In this document: piece after piece, positions 25,901 to 39,654 of the stretch | Layout: each line of letters begins with the position of its first letter | Numbering within the stretch: the first letter of the stretch is position 1 | Assembly (NCBI RefSeq): GCF_035594765.1 | Contig: NC_085844.1 | Location: forward strand, 53,521,923-53,585,922 | Length of the DNA stretch: 64,000 nucleotides | DNA from: Anolis carolinensis | Taxonomy: Eukaryota | Reading direction: 5' to 3' | Position numbers and translations under genes: made by a program | The notes under the pieces: model-generated | Seen by the model: only the letters and a program-made list of their open reading frames with translations | Database searches by the model: none | Told to the model about the DNA's origin: nothing

Positions 25901-26637
25901 TTTTGTACTCCAGGGTGGGAAGCACCCCTGTACATAACCACCACACTTCAGTCCAAGGTAAATCAGCAAAGCACTTTATTGAAGAGGATATAAAAAGCAG
26001 TTCAGCAAAAATAGTAAAAAAAGAAAATCAAAGTCTTAATGTAGGAAATAGTTCATAAGATTCAAGATACAAAAGTAGTCTCAGAAACCCAAAACAACAG
26101 GGCATCCAGCACAAGAATTTTTTTTAAAAAAAACCCAAGATACACAAATCCAAGAATAATTACTCAAACTTGAAAGCATGGAACATGAACAAATTAAGAC
26201 ATGGACCTAGATTTCCCTTAGCAGGCTTAGCTAAGACTTGGAAAGAGATGTTGCTTCAAACATTGACAAGACTGCTTGAAATTGCCACTGGTTTCTCTAA
26301 TACAGCCATGAAATCATGCTGTCTTCCCTGAATATCTGATAATGGCTTTTTCTTTAACAAGCACTATGACTTTTGCCAAGTCTGTTCAGCAACATGAAGT
26401 TTACAAAAACACAGCTCATTAACCTTGCCACCTGGGAGTGCATGCTCTGAACTTGCTTTCCTAGAGATAGGCTTGTCAGCAGCATCTGGACCCCTCTCTG
26501 GAATGTGGCCTTCACTACTAATTGTTGGAGACAGAGACTGCTTAGTTTCAGGACTTAAAATCTCATGCCAACTTGCAGGCCCAGCAGGCTCAGAAATCCA
26601 TGATGTGCTTCTTCATTGACATTAGACACAATCAACA
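25901..26637 (-). mobile_element. Solo LTR, same general family as 8606-9371
   Basis: Similar length and layout (TTTATT signal ~75 bp in, A-rich CATGGAACATGAAC segment). Ends CAACA. Near-TSD ATACC (25896-25900) and ACACC (26638-26642). Confidence 0.6.
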
Positions 26638-27434
26638 ACACCCTTGAATTAAATATTTGTGTCCATTGGAAGATTCACCATGGAACTCTGGCAAAAGGAT
26701 CTAGATTTTTGCAAACAAGCATTAAACAATGAAGACAAGAACTCAATGAGTGTATTGCCTATATTTATTAGTGTAAATGCACAAAGCACCAGGACTTTTT
26801 TGGGGGGTCATTTCAATATGATTATATTGTTTTGCCTTAATGAATGCACCCAACTGATACAGTCTGTAGTTTGCTTTATCAATGTGATTTGCAAGATTTC
26901 AAATTACATGGCATAAAACAGCAGCAAAAATATAAAAACTATTTTACAGCAATAGCATAAAGATGTAAAATCAAAATAGAAGTCATGCTTAGATCATTGT
27001 ATATCACTGAATATAAATTAGATAAATGTGTGATTGTTCCAGTTCAAGAGTGGTAAATCCTTTTGCTCGTGTCTATTTTTGCTGTGTTAGAATGTTCTTT
27101 AATGACAATGTGCCCAATATCCTCAAATTTATTTCTTGAAGAATATAATATGCAGCTAGTTTTTAATAAGTGTATATGAAATCAATATCTATTTTCATTG
27201 GTATTTCTCTATTTACTCTGAATTTTCTCATGTAGTGTGTAGAATTTGTGCAGTATCTGCATGTGCATTAGACGGTGAGGGAAAAACCACTGTAAATATA
27301 AAAACCACTATAAATATGAATCTCTATGTCCACAAGCACAATAATATGGTCAGGTTTCTAGAAAAGTACACATATGTAATTTAAGTCTCATATTACATAA
27401 TACAGTCTTCACCATCTTAATGATATATATATAT

Positions 27435-27702
27435 AGGGAGCTCACAGTGGTGCAGTGGGTTAAACCGCTGAGCTGGTGAACTTGCCGTCTGAAAGATTGG
27501 CAGTTTGAATCTGGGGAGCAGGGTGAGCCCCTGCTGTTAGTCCCAGCTTCTGCCAACCTAGCAGTTTGAAAATGTCCAAATGTGAGTATATCAATAGGTA
27601 CTGCTCTGGCGGGAAGGTAATGGTGACCTTGGAGGTGTCTACAGACAACGCTGGCTCTTTAGCTTAGAAATAGGGATGAGCATCACCTTCGGACACAACT
27701 AG
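27435..27702 (+). mobile_element. Sauria SINE (internally deleted)
   Basis: tRNA-like head GTGGTGCAGTGGGTTAAACCGCTG; body is the reverse complement of the other copies. Confidence 0.9.
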
Positions 27703-28195
27703 TTTCCCACAGAAGTTGATAGTAGAGTCATGCTCAAGATCTAGAGTCCTAGAGAGACCACAGATGTGGAGGTCTATCAGTAATTTTAAAATAGCTCATC
27801 CCATTAAAAACAACTTCTGACATAAAACATATAGAAAGTCAAAATCCTGTCTAATTTTTTTTAAAGGAGTCACTTGCCTGCAGAGAAAAAAAGAACAGAG
27901 AGGACTAAAAGAGACCTAAAATGGTGCAGAGTCCAAAACAATATTTTGACCATAATTTTGAAAAGTTCTTGTTGGTAAAGCCCTTGTAGCACTTTAGTTG
28001 CACATAAAATATAGAGTTTCTTTTGATTCTGTAGGCTGTATACTTACCTTTGTCTGGGGGTACAGTATGTCTGAAATTGATTCTTTGCTTTCAAATCTGT
28101 TTCTCATAAAGCAGCTCAAGCTTGTCTTTCAAGGCTGCTTTTGTACTTGGGAAAAAGACATGCCAGAGGCAATAAAGTAGAGAAGATCTTACCTT

Positions 28196-28200
<5 letters not shown>

Positions 28201-28240
<40 letters not shown>
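28201..28240. repeat. (AG)n microsatellite
   Basis: Seen directly. Confidence 0.98.
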
Positions 28241-28241
<1 letters not shown>

Positions 28242-28559
28242 AAGAGAGCTCCAGCATTGGCAAAACACATCTGACCTCAGAACTTTTTTCTCATTCCAAG
28301 AAGAAACTTCCAGCATCAGTTCTTCTCTGATGCTGGAAATCTAACATGGTAAAGGGAGGAGAGAAGAAGCTTGCTGATATTTTCCCTCTCATTCTGCCTT
28401 GGCAATAGGTCTCTTCCCTCCAAACATACACACAGGTACAGAAATTAGATACTCTGTAAAGGTGAAATATTTGGAATTATTAATCTTTTATATGCATCTT
28501 ATCTTAGAGCCTCCAGCAATTAACTACACTAGCTTTGCTAAATATTAATCTGTGGGTAA

Positions 28560-28888
28560 AAAAGGTAAAGGTTTCCCCTGATGTTAAGTCCAGTCGTGAC
28601 CGACTCTGGGGGTTGGTGCTCATCTCCATTTCTAAGCTGAAGAGCCGGGGTTGTCCATAGACATCTCCAGGTCATGTGGCCAGCATGACTGCATGGAATG
28701 CCGTTACCTTCCCGCCGGAGCGGTACCTATTGATCTACTCACATTTGCATGTTTTCGAACTGCTGGGTTGGCAGGAGCTGGGGCTAGCAGCGGGTGCTCA
28801 TTCTGCTCCCGGGATTTGAACCTGGGACCTTTCAGTCCGCAAGTTCAGCAGCTCAGCGCTTTAACACACTGTGCCACCAGGGGCCCAG
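28560..28888 (-). mobile_element. Sauria SINE, full length
   Basis: Head, core and (ACCTTT)n tail all present. 9-bp TSD TGTGGGTAA at 28551-28559 and 28889-28897. Confidence 0.95.
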
Positions 28889-29181
28889 TGTGGGTAATGT
28901 GTGGATAAACAAACTTTAATCAATGGAGGTTAATGACTTAAAATAATGGAACTTATTTTAGAGAAGGGTTCTAGCACATTGGATTGTTCCTTCACATGCT
29001 AGAGCTTGATTAGTGATAAAAATTATAATATGACTTTTTTTTACAATGTAGTAACTTACTTAGTGCAACTAGATAAAAGAAAGAATTGAACAGAGTAATG
29101 AGAAACCCTTCCTTCCTTTCTTCTACCCTCATTCACTCTCTCCTTCCTTTCTTCATCTTGCTTTTAAAAAAAAACTATATA

Positions 29182-29523
29182 GGACCTCATCACATTGATG
29201 AGGTCCAGATTCTGATTCGCCAGCCATGGTGAATTGGCAGGGCAGTGAGGCAATCCTTGCACCCTGTGCCCTGTCTCACTGGAGTGAAGCTTCCCCATCA
29301 CATGTGGGGAAGCATCACTGTGTGGCTTCCCCATGTGCTAGCCCTACTGCTCCTAATGGAGGTGCCCATGTTGCCAGACATTTTATGCTGCTTTCACTCT
29401 GGTTGAGCCCCACAGCCCCAATGAAAGTGAGTCTGCATCGTCTGATGGGTGGCATGGGACTCTGTGGCTCAACTGGGAAGAAAGCAACTTAGGATGCTGA
29501 AATTTTCTCATATAATGAGATCC
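29182..29523. mobile_element. Harbinger-like MITE
   Basis: TIR GGACCTCATCACA / TATAATGAGATCC. 3-bp flanks ATA/ATA. Confidence 0.55.
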
Positions 29524-29602
29524 ATAGTCTGTTATCCAGAGAGTCAACTACCCTTGGCTTGAAAATAGTCCTCTTTAATTAAACTTGAAAAGGCAAACCT
29601 TG

Positions 29603-30102
29603 TTTATTTTATTTATTTATTACATCACTTCTACCCTGCCCTTCTCACCCATCAGGGGACTCAGGGCAGCTTACACATCAAAAACAGTTTACATCAGATT
29701 TAAAAATCCATCAAGATTAAAAATTACAATAAAATTAAGAGTATACATTAAAAAAATATGCATAATTATACATTTAAATATACATTTAAGGCATTTTTCA
29801 TGTCCAGGTGGGGTCTGTCAGTAGGTCATATATTCATATCTCATTTTTGCTGCTACTCAAGCTCAAATGCCTGGTCCCATAACCACGTTTTTGTTCTCTT
29901 TCGGAAAGACAGGAGGGAGGGAGCCTGTCTAATTTCATTTGGGAGGGCGTTCCATAGGTGGGGGGCCACCACTGAGAAGGCCCTGTCCCTCATCCTCGCC
30001 AGCCGCACCTGTGAGGCTGACGGGACCGAGAGCAGGGCCTCCCCGGAAGATCTTAGATTCTGTGATGGGTCATAGCGGGAGACACGTTTGGACAGGTAAG
30101 CT
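29603..30102 (-). mobile_element. 5'-truncated L2 3' fragment
   Basis: ORF 29853-30107 (LRSSGEALL..DRAFSVVAPHLWNALP..KTWL) is homologous to the L2 C-terminus. 3' stem-loop and AAAT-type tail present. Confidence 0.9.
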
Positions 30103-30255
30103 GGCATTTTATGGCATTTTATACAAGGAACACAATTTTACTATGCCATTGTATATAATGGGACTTGGATTTTGCTATCCATGGGGCATTCATGCATATT
30201 AGTATCCATGGGGTGTTCTGAAACCAAACTTCAGTGAATATCAAGGACCTACTGT
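30103..30255. mobile_element. Tigger-like MITE, right half
   Basis: Ends ..ATATCAAGGACCTACTG followed by TA. Internal TATCCATGGGG repeats. Confidence 0.5.
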
Positions 30256-31350
30256 AGTACACTAGTATGTTATTGAAGATGTCTGTAAAATATGTCTAAG
30301 TTAACTGCACATATTGTTTAGAATGATAATACATTGCTGTCTAATAATGAGGCATTCAACCTAGCCTTAAGCATATTTATAAATAAGTTCTATTGAGTTC
30401 AATGGACTCTACTCCCTGCAATGACTTGCAGACGTTTTTCTGCTTGGGTAGTTCTCCTGACCCTCTGAATTATAATGATTGTGATGGGATATTGAGCAAG
30501 GTAGAGTGAGATGGGGCACTGAGTTTCATTCATAATCTGGCAGCAAAATAGTAACATAAAGCAAGAATGGCCTTGTAATGACTTTGGGAATGAGAGTCCT
30601 AAATATGCTGGCTGTTCTTCTTGATGTTTGCCTTGCAGGCTAGCAAGAAGTTTGAGCATCATTGCACATGAAACTCTGAATGTTGTCGGCCCACATTAAA
30701 AGTTCTGCAGATTATATTAACATGAATGAAAGGCTTCTTTTCAGCAGAAGTCAGGTATCAGAAAAGAAACATGACAACCCAAACTATTGATTGCTGGTAA
30801 ATATAAATACTCAGGATAGCAAAATGCTTTTTAAAAAAATATCATATGTAATTTTAATGAGAGCCTAGCAGCACTGAGCCAGAATGTCCCTGTATTTTCA
30901 TGCACTGCAGGCTTCCTTGACTAATTAACTTCCTGGATCAGGTAAAGAAGCAAGAATAAAAATTCCTTGCTGAGAGTACAGCATTTGCAGCTCAACCAAG
31001 GTCTGGGATGAAAAGTCAGCTGACAACCTGAATCACAATATATCTTTGAGCAGTAATGAAGCTATTGCCTGATGAGCCACACAGTGTGTGAAACCAGGTC
31101 TAGGACTTACATTTGACTTGACAGATGCATTACAGGATAGCAGTTGAGAAACAGAGTGAATAACAAGGGTATATGTTCACTATGGCAGGAATTACAGAAA
31201 ACAAAAATTGCATGCACACATGAGCACACATAGATGTTAGGAATTAACTTCTCAGGAATATGTATTTCAAGAGAAAAGTAACATATGCATTTGTAGCTAT
31301 GTCTGAAGGAGAGGTGATCCTTTTCATATTCTATTCCTCATCAAAAATAA

Positions 31351-32202
31351 TAAGGGTGTACAATTCGGCTAAACCCTGATCCATTTCGGTGTCCCAAATT
31401 CAGTGGCCCTCCCTTTCCATTTTTTTGGGAGCTTCCTGACTTCAGGACTGAAATCCATTTTTTGATCCAGCAACTGAAAGATCTGGGAAGATCCAACCTA
31501 TTGGCAGCAATGGAGGACTTAGGTTTAAGGGCATCAGTCTTAATAAATCCCCTTTTCTGTGAGACTTTCTCCTTTTATCCTTCAATAAAACCTGTATTAA
31601 AAGCATCAGATTTAAGAAACCTCCTTTCTGGGATCCTTTCTCCTTATGTCCTTCAATATGATCTGGATTAAAGGCATCAGACTTCAGAAACAACCTTTTC
31701 TGGAATTGTTTGCCTGCAACACTCTTTCAATGAAGCTGAGTTAAACACTTATTTCAATGGGAGCCACACTACCTGAAGAAGCAATAGCGATTCTTAAAAA
31801 AAAAGATACAAATTGCTTCTTCATTTTATGGCAGCTTTAGAGATGGTAAGATATCCCACATTTGAAACTTTCCTTGTGTGAAGGGCACCATTGGTGGCAG
31901 TTTCTTAAGTGTGTAGAAAGTACATTGTTTTGCTATTTGAGTCAAAAAAAATTAAGCCAAGCCATGCAGAGCTGTGAGTGGCATTGAGAATTTAGATCAC
32001 CAATCTGTCTCTCTCAGAAGCCTGTTCGCAACACCTCTCCGTGCTCCACGTGTAGGCAGAAAAAACCCCTAAAGCAGTTGTTTTCAGCAACCACATGGTC
32101 TGTTGCAGCTGGAAAAAGAAATGGGCAATTGAGCCTGTGCAGTGACGGTTGGCCAAACCAGTCGAAAACCGTTTTTCAAAACAGATCTGTGTACAGCCCT
32201 TA
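31351..32202. mobile_element. Non-autonomous hAT element with an internal ~72-bp tandem repeat
   Basis: TIR TAAGGGTGTACA / TGTACAGCCCTTA. 8-bp TSD AAAAATAA at 31343-31350 and 32203-32210. Confidence 0.8.
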
Positions 32203-33399
32203 AAAAATAATGCTAATATTGTTTCTAAGACTAATATTTCAATGATTGCTAAATTCTTAGACAGAAATCAAACCATTTATGGTCTAAAGTTCCATTTAGT
32301 AATATTTATTTTATGTAAAATAAAGAGCCTTTTTAAAAGTTAACCTCCATTAGATTAGCTACTATGGATGTGTATTTTTCTTGTGTTCTACTTTATATTC
32401 TTAAAAATATTTTGGCAGATAAATGCCTTGCCGTGCTCTGTCCGCCCACCATGTTAGCAGGACTCCTTCTCAGGGAGCCTTGCATTGCATGCACTCTTTC
32501 TGTCAACCAATCAGGGTCAGGCATTTTGCTATGCCCTGATTGGCTGGAGGTGGGTGGACCAAAGAGAAGAATACCCCCCTCTATTTTGCCTGCTGACTAT
32601 TTGGGTTCCTGCAGCTCAGTTGTCTTCAGAGCCTTGCACTACTATGGCTGCCAACCCTATTTTCAATTATAACCAATAAATAAGTTGTGGCCTTCAGTTA
32701 TCCCAACATTGTATGAAAATGTTTTCTCTAGTCAGGTTTGGGGGTGATCATCCCTGCGCACACAAACTGTAGAACACATTGTTTGTGTTCTACACAAACA
32801 ACTCAGACTCCAAAAAAGTGTTTCCACATATATTTTAGATGTTCTTCACATATGCACTAAATTTTGTTTCACTTTTTGTTTCTTTGGGTCTTGTTTGGGA
32901 GGAGAAAGAGACAAGTGGTAGAAATATGGTCAATAATTATTATCAGCAGCTAGCATGGGTAGATGAATGTTCCATGTGTGACCTATAAAATGGGGTGGAA
33001 TGGGTAGTTTGCCCCAATCTTTTAAAGTTTTAATTGCCAGTTTTCCATTCTTGTCTTTTCCAGGTCTGTCCATAGACTGCTATGGTTCCTTCCTCCTTTC
33101 TCTGAAATGACTTTCTGCTTGGTCTTCTCATAGATAAGAGGGACTCAGGCAGCATATAGAGTCTATATAATATATATACTATCTAAGCACACTTGCACTC
33201 TTGGAAGCCAGCTTTAGAGGTGTCTGTAACCAGGGGTACATCTACATTGTAGAATTAATACTGTTTGACACACTTGAATTGCCATGGCTGTATGCTATAA
33301 TATCACGGAAGTTGTGGTTTGGTACAGCATCAGCATTCTTTGGCAAAGAAATGTGAGATATGGGCCTGTCTGGATGGGTACTGGGAAGACCTAGTGCTC

Positions 33400-34400
33400 C
33401 CATTTTCTTGTTGTCTTGTAGTACTTTGAATCAGACCTTTGGTCTTTTTCATTGCCAAATAAACTTTGATAGGTCTTTTTGTCATTGCTTAAATGGAATG
33501 TCATTCCATATAATTGGTAATGCTTGAAATAGAAACAGCAACTTTGGTAGTCCATTCATCTTTATAGCTGAAATTCTATCTATAAGAGATAGTTGTAAAC
33601 CTTTCTACCTATGCAAATCTTTCTAAACTTCTTTCTATTTTAGATCATAATTATCCTTAAACAACTTCGAGTTTTTAGTGCAAATGTTTATACTAAATGT
33701 TTAAACTTTTGTACAACTGTTCTCAGATGAAAAATTTCTGTTACATTTTTGACAGATTCTTGGTCAACATTGTTGTTTTCTCCTTATTAATTTTAAATTC
33801 TGATACTTTTCCATATTCTTTCAGGATAGGATTCAGACCTCTACCTATGTTCAAAGGGTCATCTAAAAATCACTAAGTCATCTGCAAAAACTTTCAACTT
33901 ATAACTTTGTCCTTTTATCCTTACTCATTTGATGTCTTCTGTTTTTATTATGGTGTTGTTCAAAACCTCTATTACCAACCAAAAAAAAAAAACAATAATG
34001 GGGAGAAGGTCTTTTTGTATTTTACAAGATTTAGTCAGTTCCCCATTGACCAACATTTGGGCATTTTGCTCATTATGAAATTGCTTAATACATCTTTGAA
34101 AGTTTGACCCAAAGTTCATCTTTTCCATGACCACCCATAAAAATGATCAAGATACATTATCAAAAGTCATTCCAGCATCTAAGAAAATGAGAGCTGCCTG
34201 CTTTTCATTATGAGCTTCATAGTATTTCAAAATGTTCAGAACGCATCTAATATTATCACTTAATGGCTCTTTGGTAAAAAACCTTGCTTGATCTTTATGT
34301 ATCAAGGCTTCGGGGACTTTATTCAACCTTTTCTACAAAATCGTAGGATATATATAATGTTTTGGGTCTTCAATAATGTGATTTTCTTTAGGAATTAGTT
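33400..34400 (-). mobile_element. Degraded L1 ORF2 RT fragment
   Basis: The minus strand gives LIFLDAGMTFDNVS, KLKVFADDL (catalytic FADD, ~33875-33900) and [19 protein letters not shown]. Many stops and frameshifts. Confidence 0.85.
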
Positions 34401-37400
34401 ATCATAGCTTGATGCAATAATTCTATAATAATTCTATAGCATTGAGTTCAAGTAGTATCAAACTACATTCATTCTACAGTGCAATGCACTCCCTTCTCTT
34501 CTGTGTTTGTAAACTCCCAAAACTATCAAATTGAAGCTTTCTCACACTCTTTTTACCTTACTACAAGCTTCCAGTATAGTTACTCCTGTTTTATAAGTAT
34601 GAGTGGTGATATAAAAAAAACTTCAGCTTTATAGACAGGAATTTACCGCTACACTCTGCTAGTATAAACACCAAATCTTCTGACAATAAACATGTTCAAA
34701 ATCTAATCCATAACTTTGGATCAGTCAGCACATATATCTATGCAAAATTACTTCAGAGTGGACTTTTTGTCTGAATCTACATTCTATGTGCAGGCTTACA
34801 TGCTTGTTAATGGCTATTTGAAAGGACCTAAAATGCCTTCTTGACATGAGTGTCTGCTTGCTTTCTCATTTCCTTCTTATTTCTTACTGCCAAAAGGTGA
34901 TAAGACAGGGGTCAGAATCATGCCAGGAAGACTGTAATATTTTATTTGGCTTTAGAGTTCTTATTCATGGGTGATGAATGTCGCAATTCCCATGGTTCTC
35001 AGAAATCTCAAACATATATACAGCCCTCCATGGTAAGTCAGCATCAATAGCCACATATGGAAGCTCACTAAGATCTACAACAATTCACCTGCTTTTTTCT
35101 ACATAACTGGAATTGCAGAAGGAACAGTGGATTTATCAGTTTGATCATATGAGACATGTGAGTTCATAAGGCCTTTCAGAAGAACATTTTGCTCTTCCTC
35201 TCCATTATCCATCTTCATATTTGAAATTTAGGCCTTTTAGAACAAAACCACTGTGTAAAATATGGAACCTGGCAGCTTTATGATTATCATTATCAACCTA
35301 AATATTCATTAATAAAATTGTATTTCTAAAACTACAATTTCAATTAATTAATTGCAACGGTGAACCTGGAAATCATCCATGCATAAAAGAATGTAACTGC
35401 CATTCCAAATTACTATATATCACTTTACATTTATGTCAAGGAACTGAATTCCACCCAACACTCTATATCCAATGTTAGGCACTAACTGATTCTGTTCAAA
35501 CCTTAGTTCTGTGTTTCCATAACTGAAAGAGTGTTTTGTTCCTGCATCAGGCGCTCTGTGTATTCTGACTACATGCAGATTCAGAATGTCTTTATGAATT
35601 ATTAGTAGCTTTTCTGTCCAATGTAACCAGCATGCTGGATCAAATGATACCATCTTGATTGGTAACAAAAGCCTTAAAATGAAAGGTTAAGAAGCTGATT
35701 TATTTATGCAATGCATTTATCCAGGCAGGCTATCTTAGGGAAATGTATGATTTAAATAAGAACCTCCCTGGACACTGATTCCAATAAATTTGGCGGTGTT
35801 TTATGGAGTGTAGTCATCAAAATCTCATGTCTCTGCATCCTATAAAACATTTATTTACAATTATATTTGTAACCAGGACAGGCTTGTTAACTCAGTGGCT
35901 CATTCTGCATTGCAGATTCTCAAAAATGATCTTTAAATGTAACTTATACAGTATTTCTTGATTTTTTCAAATGAATAACATTGTTATTTTTAGGGTTTTT
36001 CTCCTGGCATCGTTTGGATGTCTCTGGTAAAACTGAGACAGGTTCCAGGATATGGGCCTGTCTAGATGTGCCCTAAGAATGAAGAATTATCCTTCCACAT
36101 ATTCCCCATTTCATTCATTTATTTAGTGAACAACCTAATGATGCTTTATAGTAGAAACTCTGTGATAATCACACACATATACTTGAAACGTACCCTTTCC
36201 TCATATTTATCTAACATCTTTGCTCATCGTTTAGTTCATTTTTCAAAGGCAGAGCCTTCCTTTCTGATTGCTGACTGCCTGCTGAATGAATCTACAGAAT
36301 TCAAGGTTCTGTGTCAATTAAAGAGCTGTTCTCTGCAATATTTCCCTGTACTTGATGTCAGGGAATGCAAAGTTACCAGCTGGTATTAGAGAAAAAGAAT
36401 AATTTACAATGAGGAAGATGCTGCTGGTGTTTAGTCTTTTTCTATATTTAATGGGATTATTGAAATCTAGTTGTCAATGTGGAAAGCAATTGAACGTAGA
36501 GTTCTAAAGATATTTTAAAATAATAATCAGAAGGAAAAAAACTTTTGCAGAGTAGAAAACACTGGAGGTATGATCTTACCACCAAAGAAATTGGATGACC
36601 CTGAATATGTGTATAATCAAACACAGCCCTTTCTGACTCTATCAAATAGCCTGGGAATTTTAGTGCATAAATTAGAACGTCTCCTAATGCTTCACATTTT
36701 ATATAGGAAAAATGGTCCACAGCATGAAAAAGGATGTGTTAGAATCCACTATAACTAGTTCAATTTTTAATATAGAGCTCTTTATAGTCACAGCAGCTTA
36801 TATTTCAATTGCTTGGTAAAATGCCTTGTCGTTTCTTGCCACCTTGTTTATGCTTTTTCAGTCTTCTGTTATTTGATTTTGTCCTGATAGCTCATGCTAT
36901 TTAATATGGTGTCTGTATGCAGAGTCATGTGGGATTCTCAAAATATTACCATAGCTGTCTCTCCCTGGAGTCTCACCATGTGATGGCAAAGTCAAATAAT
37001 TCACAGTGTAAGTGAAAAACAGGGGGAAAAGCACAAAAATCCATATTTTATGGTGGCAGTGGTTGTTTTACTAGCTTCAAAGACGCACGTTGTTGTTAAA
37101 CCTTTGTCTGAGCCAATTTGTTTCATCAAATGTCATAAAAATAGAGTCTCAAAGAGTAGCCAAAAGACAAAAATGACAAAAGAAAAAAGACACTACAATA
37201 AGCTCAAAAAGCAGTATCTTGTATAAATGTAACAGAATCAACTACAAAGCTTTTATTTCACTGTAACACTTGAGGCTGCTGCAGATTTGTGAACATTGAA
37301 GGAGAAACTTCCACAAGAAAAAGCATTCCTGAATGCGGAAAATTAATATATCACAGAAGAGGATTCATCCTAATCTTTTTCCTAGTAGACAATTCTTTTT

Positions 37401-37691
37401 ATATAGGGCATTTTGTTGTTGTTTTGTTAAGGAGGCATTCAGGTTATCAGACTATAGACAAGACTCTTGCAATTTCTCAAAATGTCCAATTCCCACATGA
37501 GCAAATGAAATAGGTAAAAGGTTTACTTCTCTATATCTCACATATAGCCTAATTTAGTAAGACCAAGGAAACATAATTCATGTTTGCTGCATATGAAAAC
37601 TAGACCTTGTCACTTGATATATTTCCTCTGATGAGTGCAGTCAACAGAGAAATCTGTGTCTGCAGAAATGTATGTGGTAACTTTTAATCTC

Positions 37692-37835
37692 GGGGCCCTT
37701 CCACACAGCCATTTTACCCAGAATATCAGTAGAATAACCCAAAATATCTGCTTTAAACTGGAATATCTAGTCCACACTGCCATATATTTCAGCTCAAAGC
37801 AAATAATGTGGAATTCAGCTGTGTGGAAGGGGCCT
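37692..37835. mobile_element. Harbinger-like MITE
   Basis: TIR GGCCCTTCCACACAGC / GCTGTGTGGAAGGGGCC. Confidence 0.85.
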
Positions 37836-39654
37836 TAGATACTAGAATTCTTGTTTATGGAGCTAATATGACCCCATCTATTCCAAACAAGAAAGCATCA
37901 AGAAGTTTGGTGGAACCCAACATTTGCAGATACAGAAGATAAAATATATTTAGAAACATGTGATAATTTGAGGTTGAAAAACAGTCTAATTGTGACTTGC
38001 GCATTTACCCACTTATTGTTTTGGAGTGGTAGTGGAATTAAACAGAGTGCTTGCAAAGTATGCACTGTTTCTCTCACACTCTCTCAAACATACACAGAAC
38101 CATATATATGTTTGGAAAATGTACCCTGACATGTTGTTATGTCCATCATGTTCTCCTAACCTTTTCACAAAGCCTGTGCAGGTAATTTCAAGGGAGTGCT
38201 AGAGTACAGATGTTTTCTATGTTGTATGAGTTCTGAGTAATGATAGCAAGCACATCGCTTCTGTGAAAGTCCAGTGCTCCCTGATGCCGTATTTACAAAA
38301 TAAAAAGTCAGCAAATGGACCATATTGCCCGCAGAGTGTTAACACTTCAAAATTGGACAAGTGCCGAGTACATACTTTTAGAACCAGTAGTCGCTTTTAA
38401 TAGCCCCACCATGAAATTATGGAGTCATTAATATAAAAGACTAAAAATGTCTTGCAGCCAAAAAACCCTGACTTTGTGGAATAGCATAAAGGAAATGCAT
38501 GGGGAAAGATACTTGTGCAGCTGGAATGATGTGCACATAAAGTGTTTTTGAAGATGTTACCTAGGCATGATGACTCTGAACACCTGAATCTTAGGAAATC
38601 AATAATGAGAACTATTAATTCTAGACAAGACTGCACTTCTCTGGCTATAAAAAAGAAGTCATTTCTTGAAGCTTTTTAATAGCAGATATATATGACTCAA
38701 ACATTGACTTTCTGAACTTTGCAGAAATCTGATTTAGAAAGATCAGTAGCTGAAAGCTTCTATTGTTTCTGGAAACAAGGCAATTTAATTTTTCTCAGTG
38801 TTTATTCACTAATAGACATTCTGTCAAAATATTTCATTGATCAAGAGGAGATATGGTCTCATTTTTGCTAGAATGCTTACCTTTGGCAGGATATTTCAAA
38901 GAAGGGGTCTTAAAAGGTACCATGGAAAAAAGTGGGTTACAATAGTATAAGAAAGACAGTATTTTGCCAAAATATTCTCTGAATGAGCAGCTTCAGCTGA
39001 TGCTTCAGGCTAAATGATATGGGGGACTTTTCTTTCTGAATAAACATATTGCATTAGCTGAGGAATATTCCTATAACAGGAATGTAAATCTTTGTTTACT
39101 TTTGTTAAATGTAAGAATAAAGAATGTAAACTGTTTTTCCTCAGCGGAACGAGATGCTGAAAGTTCTAGCACATTTTTTATTGAAAACATATTGTTCACA
39201 GAAAACATTTTGTGGAACATGCTTTTGTATGAAATATTTTAGGCTAGGGGAACATGGGAAAATGTTTTGAAACAACTCTTGGATTATTTTTAATAAATCA
39301 ATAAACTCTGATATTTTAATATTAATGGTTTAATTTTAATTTTTATCACTTGTGTTATTTTGCTTGGTTCTGGATATCTTCAAAAATGTAAAGGTTTGGA
39401 GAATCCCTTTAGCACTGATGATAATGTTGATATTCATACCTTGACTACAAAGTACAAATAGGAGATCTTCAAGGACCTCAATTATTAACTGCCCTACTTA
39501 GGTCAGGAAATTGCTTCTTTTATTTAATAAGTCCAGTTGCAATGTACCTTCCTCTTTTTCTGCTGACTTTTTTTGTACTGCACTTTAAAAAATAATATAT
39601 TGATGCTTTTTAACATGAATAAAAACTAAGTGTGTTCTTGCCATGGCTACAGAT

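Noticed and set aside
28185-28240. Recursive-splice-like site on the minus strand (pyrimidine tract + AAG|GTAAGA)
   Set aside because: The tract is just a (CT)n microsatellite, the acceptor is a weak AAG, and there is no evidence of a host gene on that strand.
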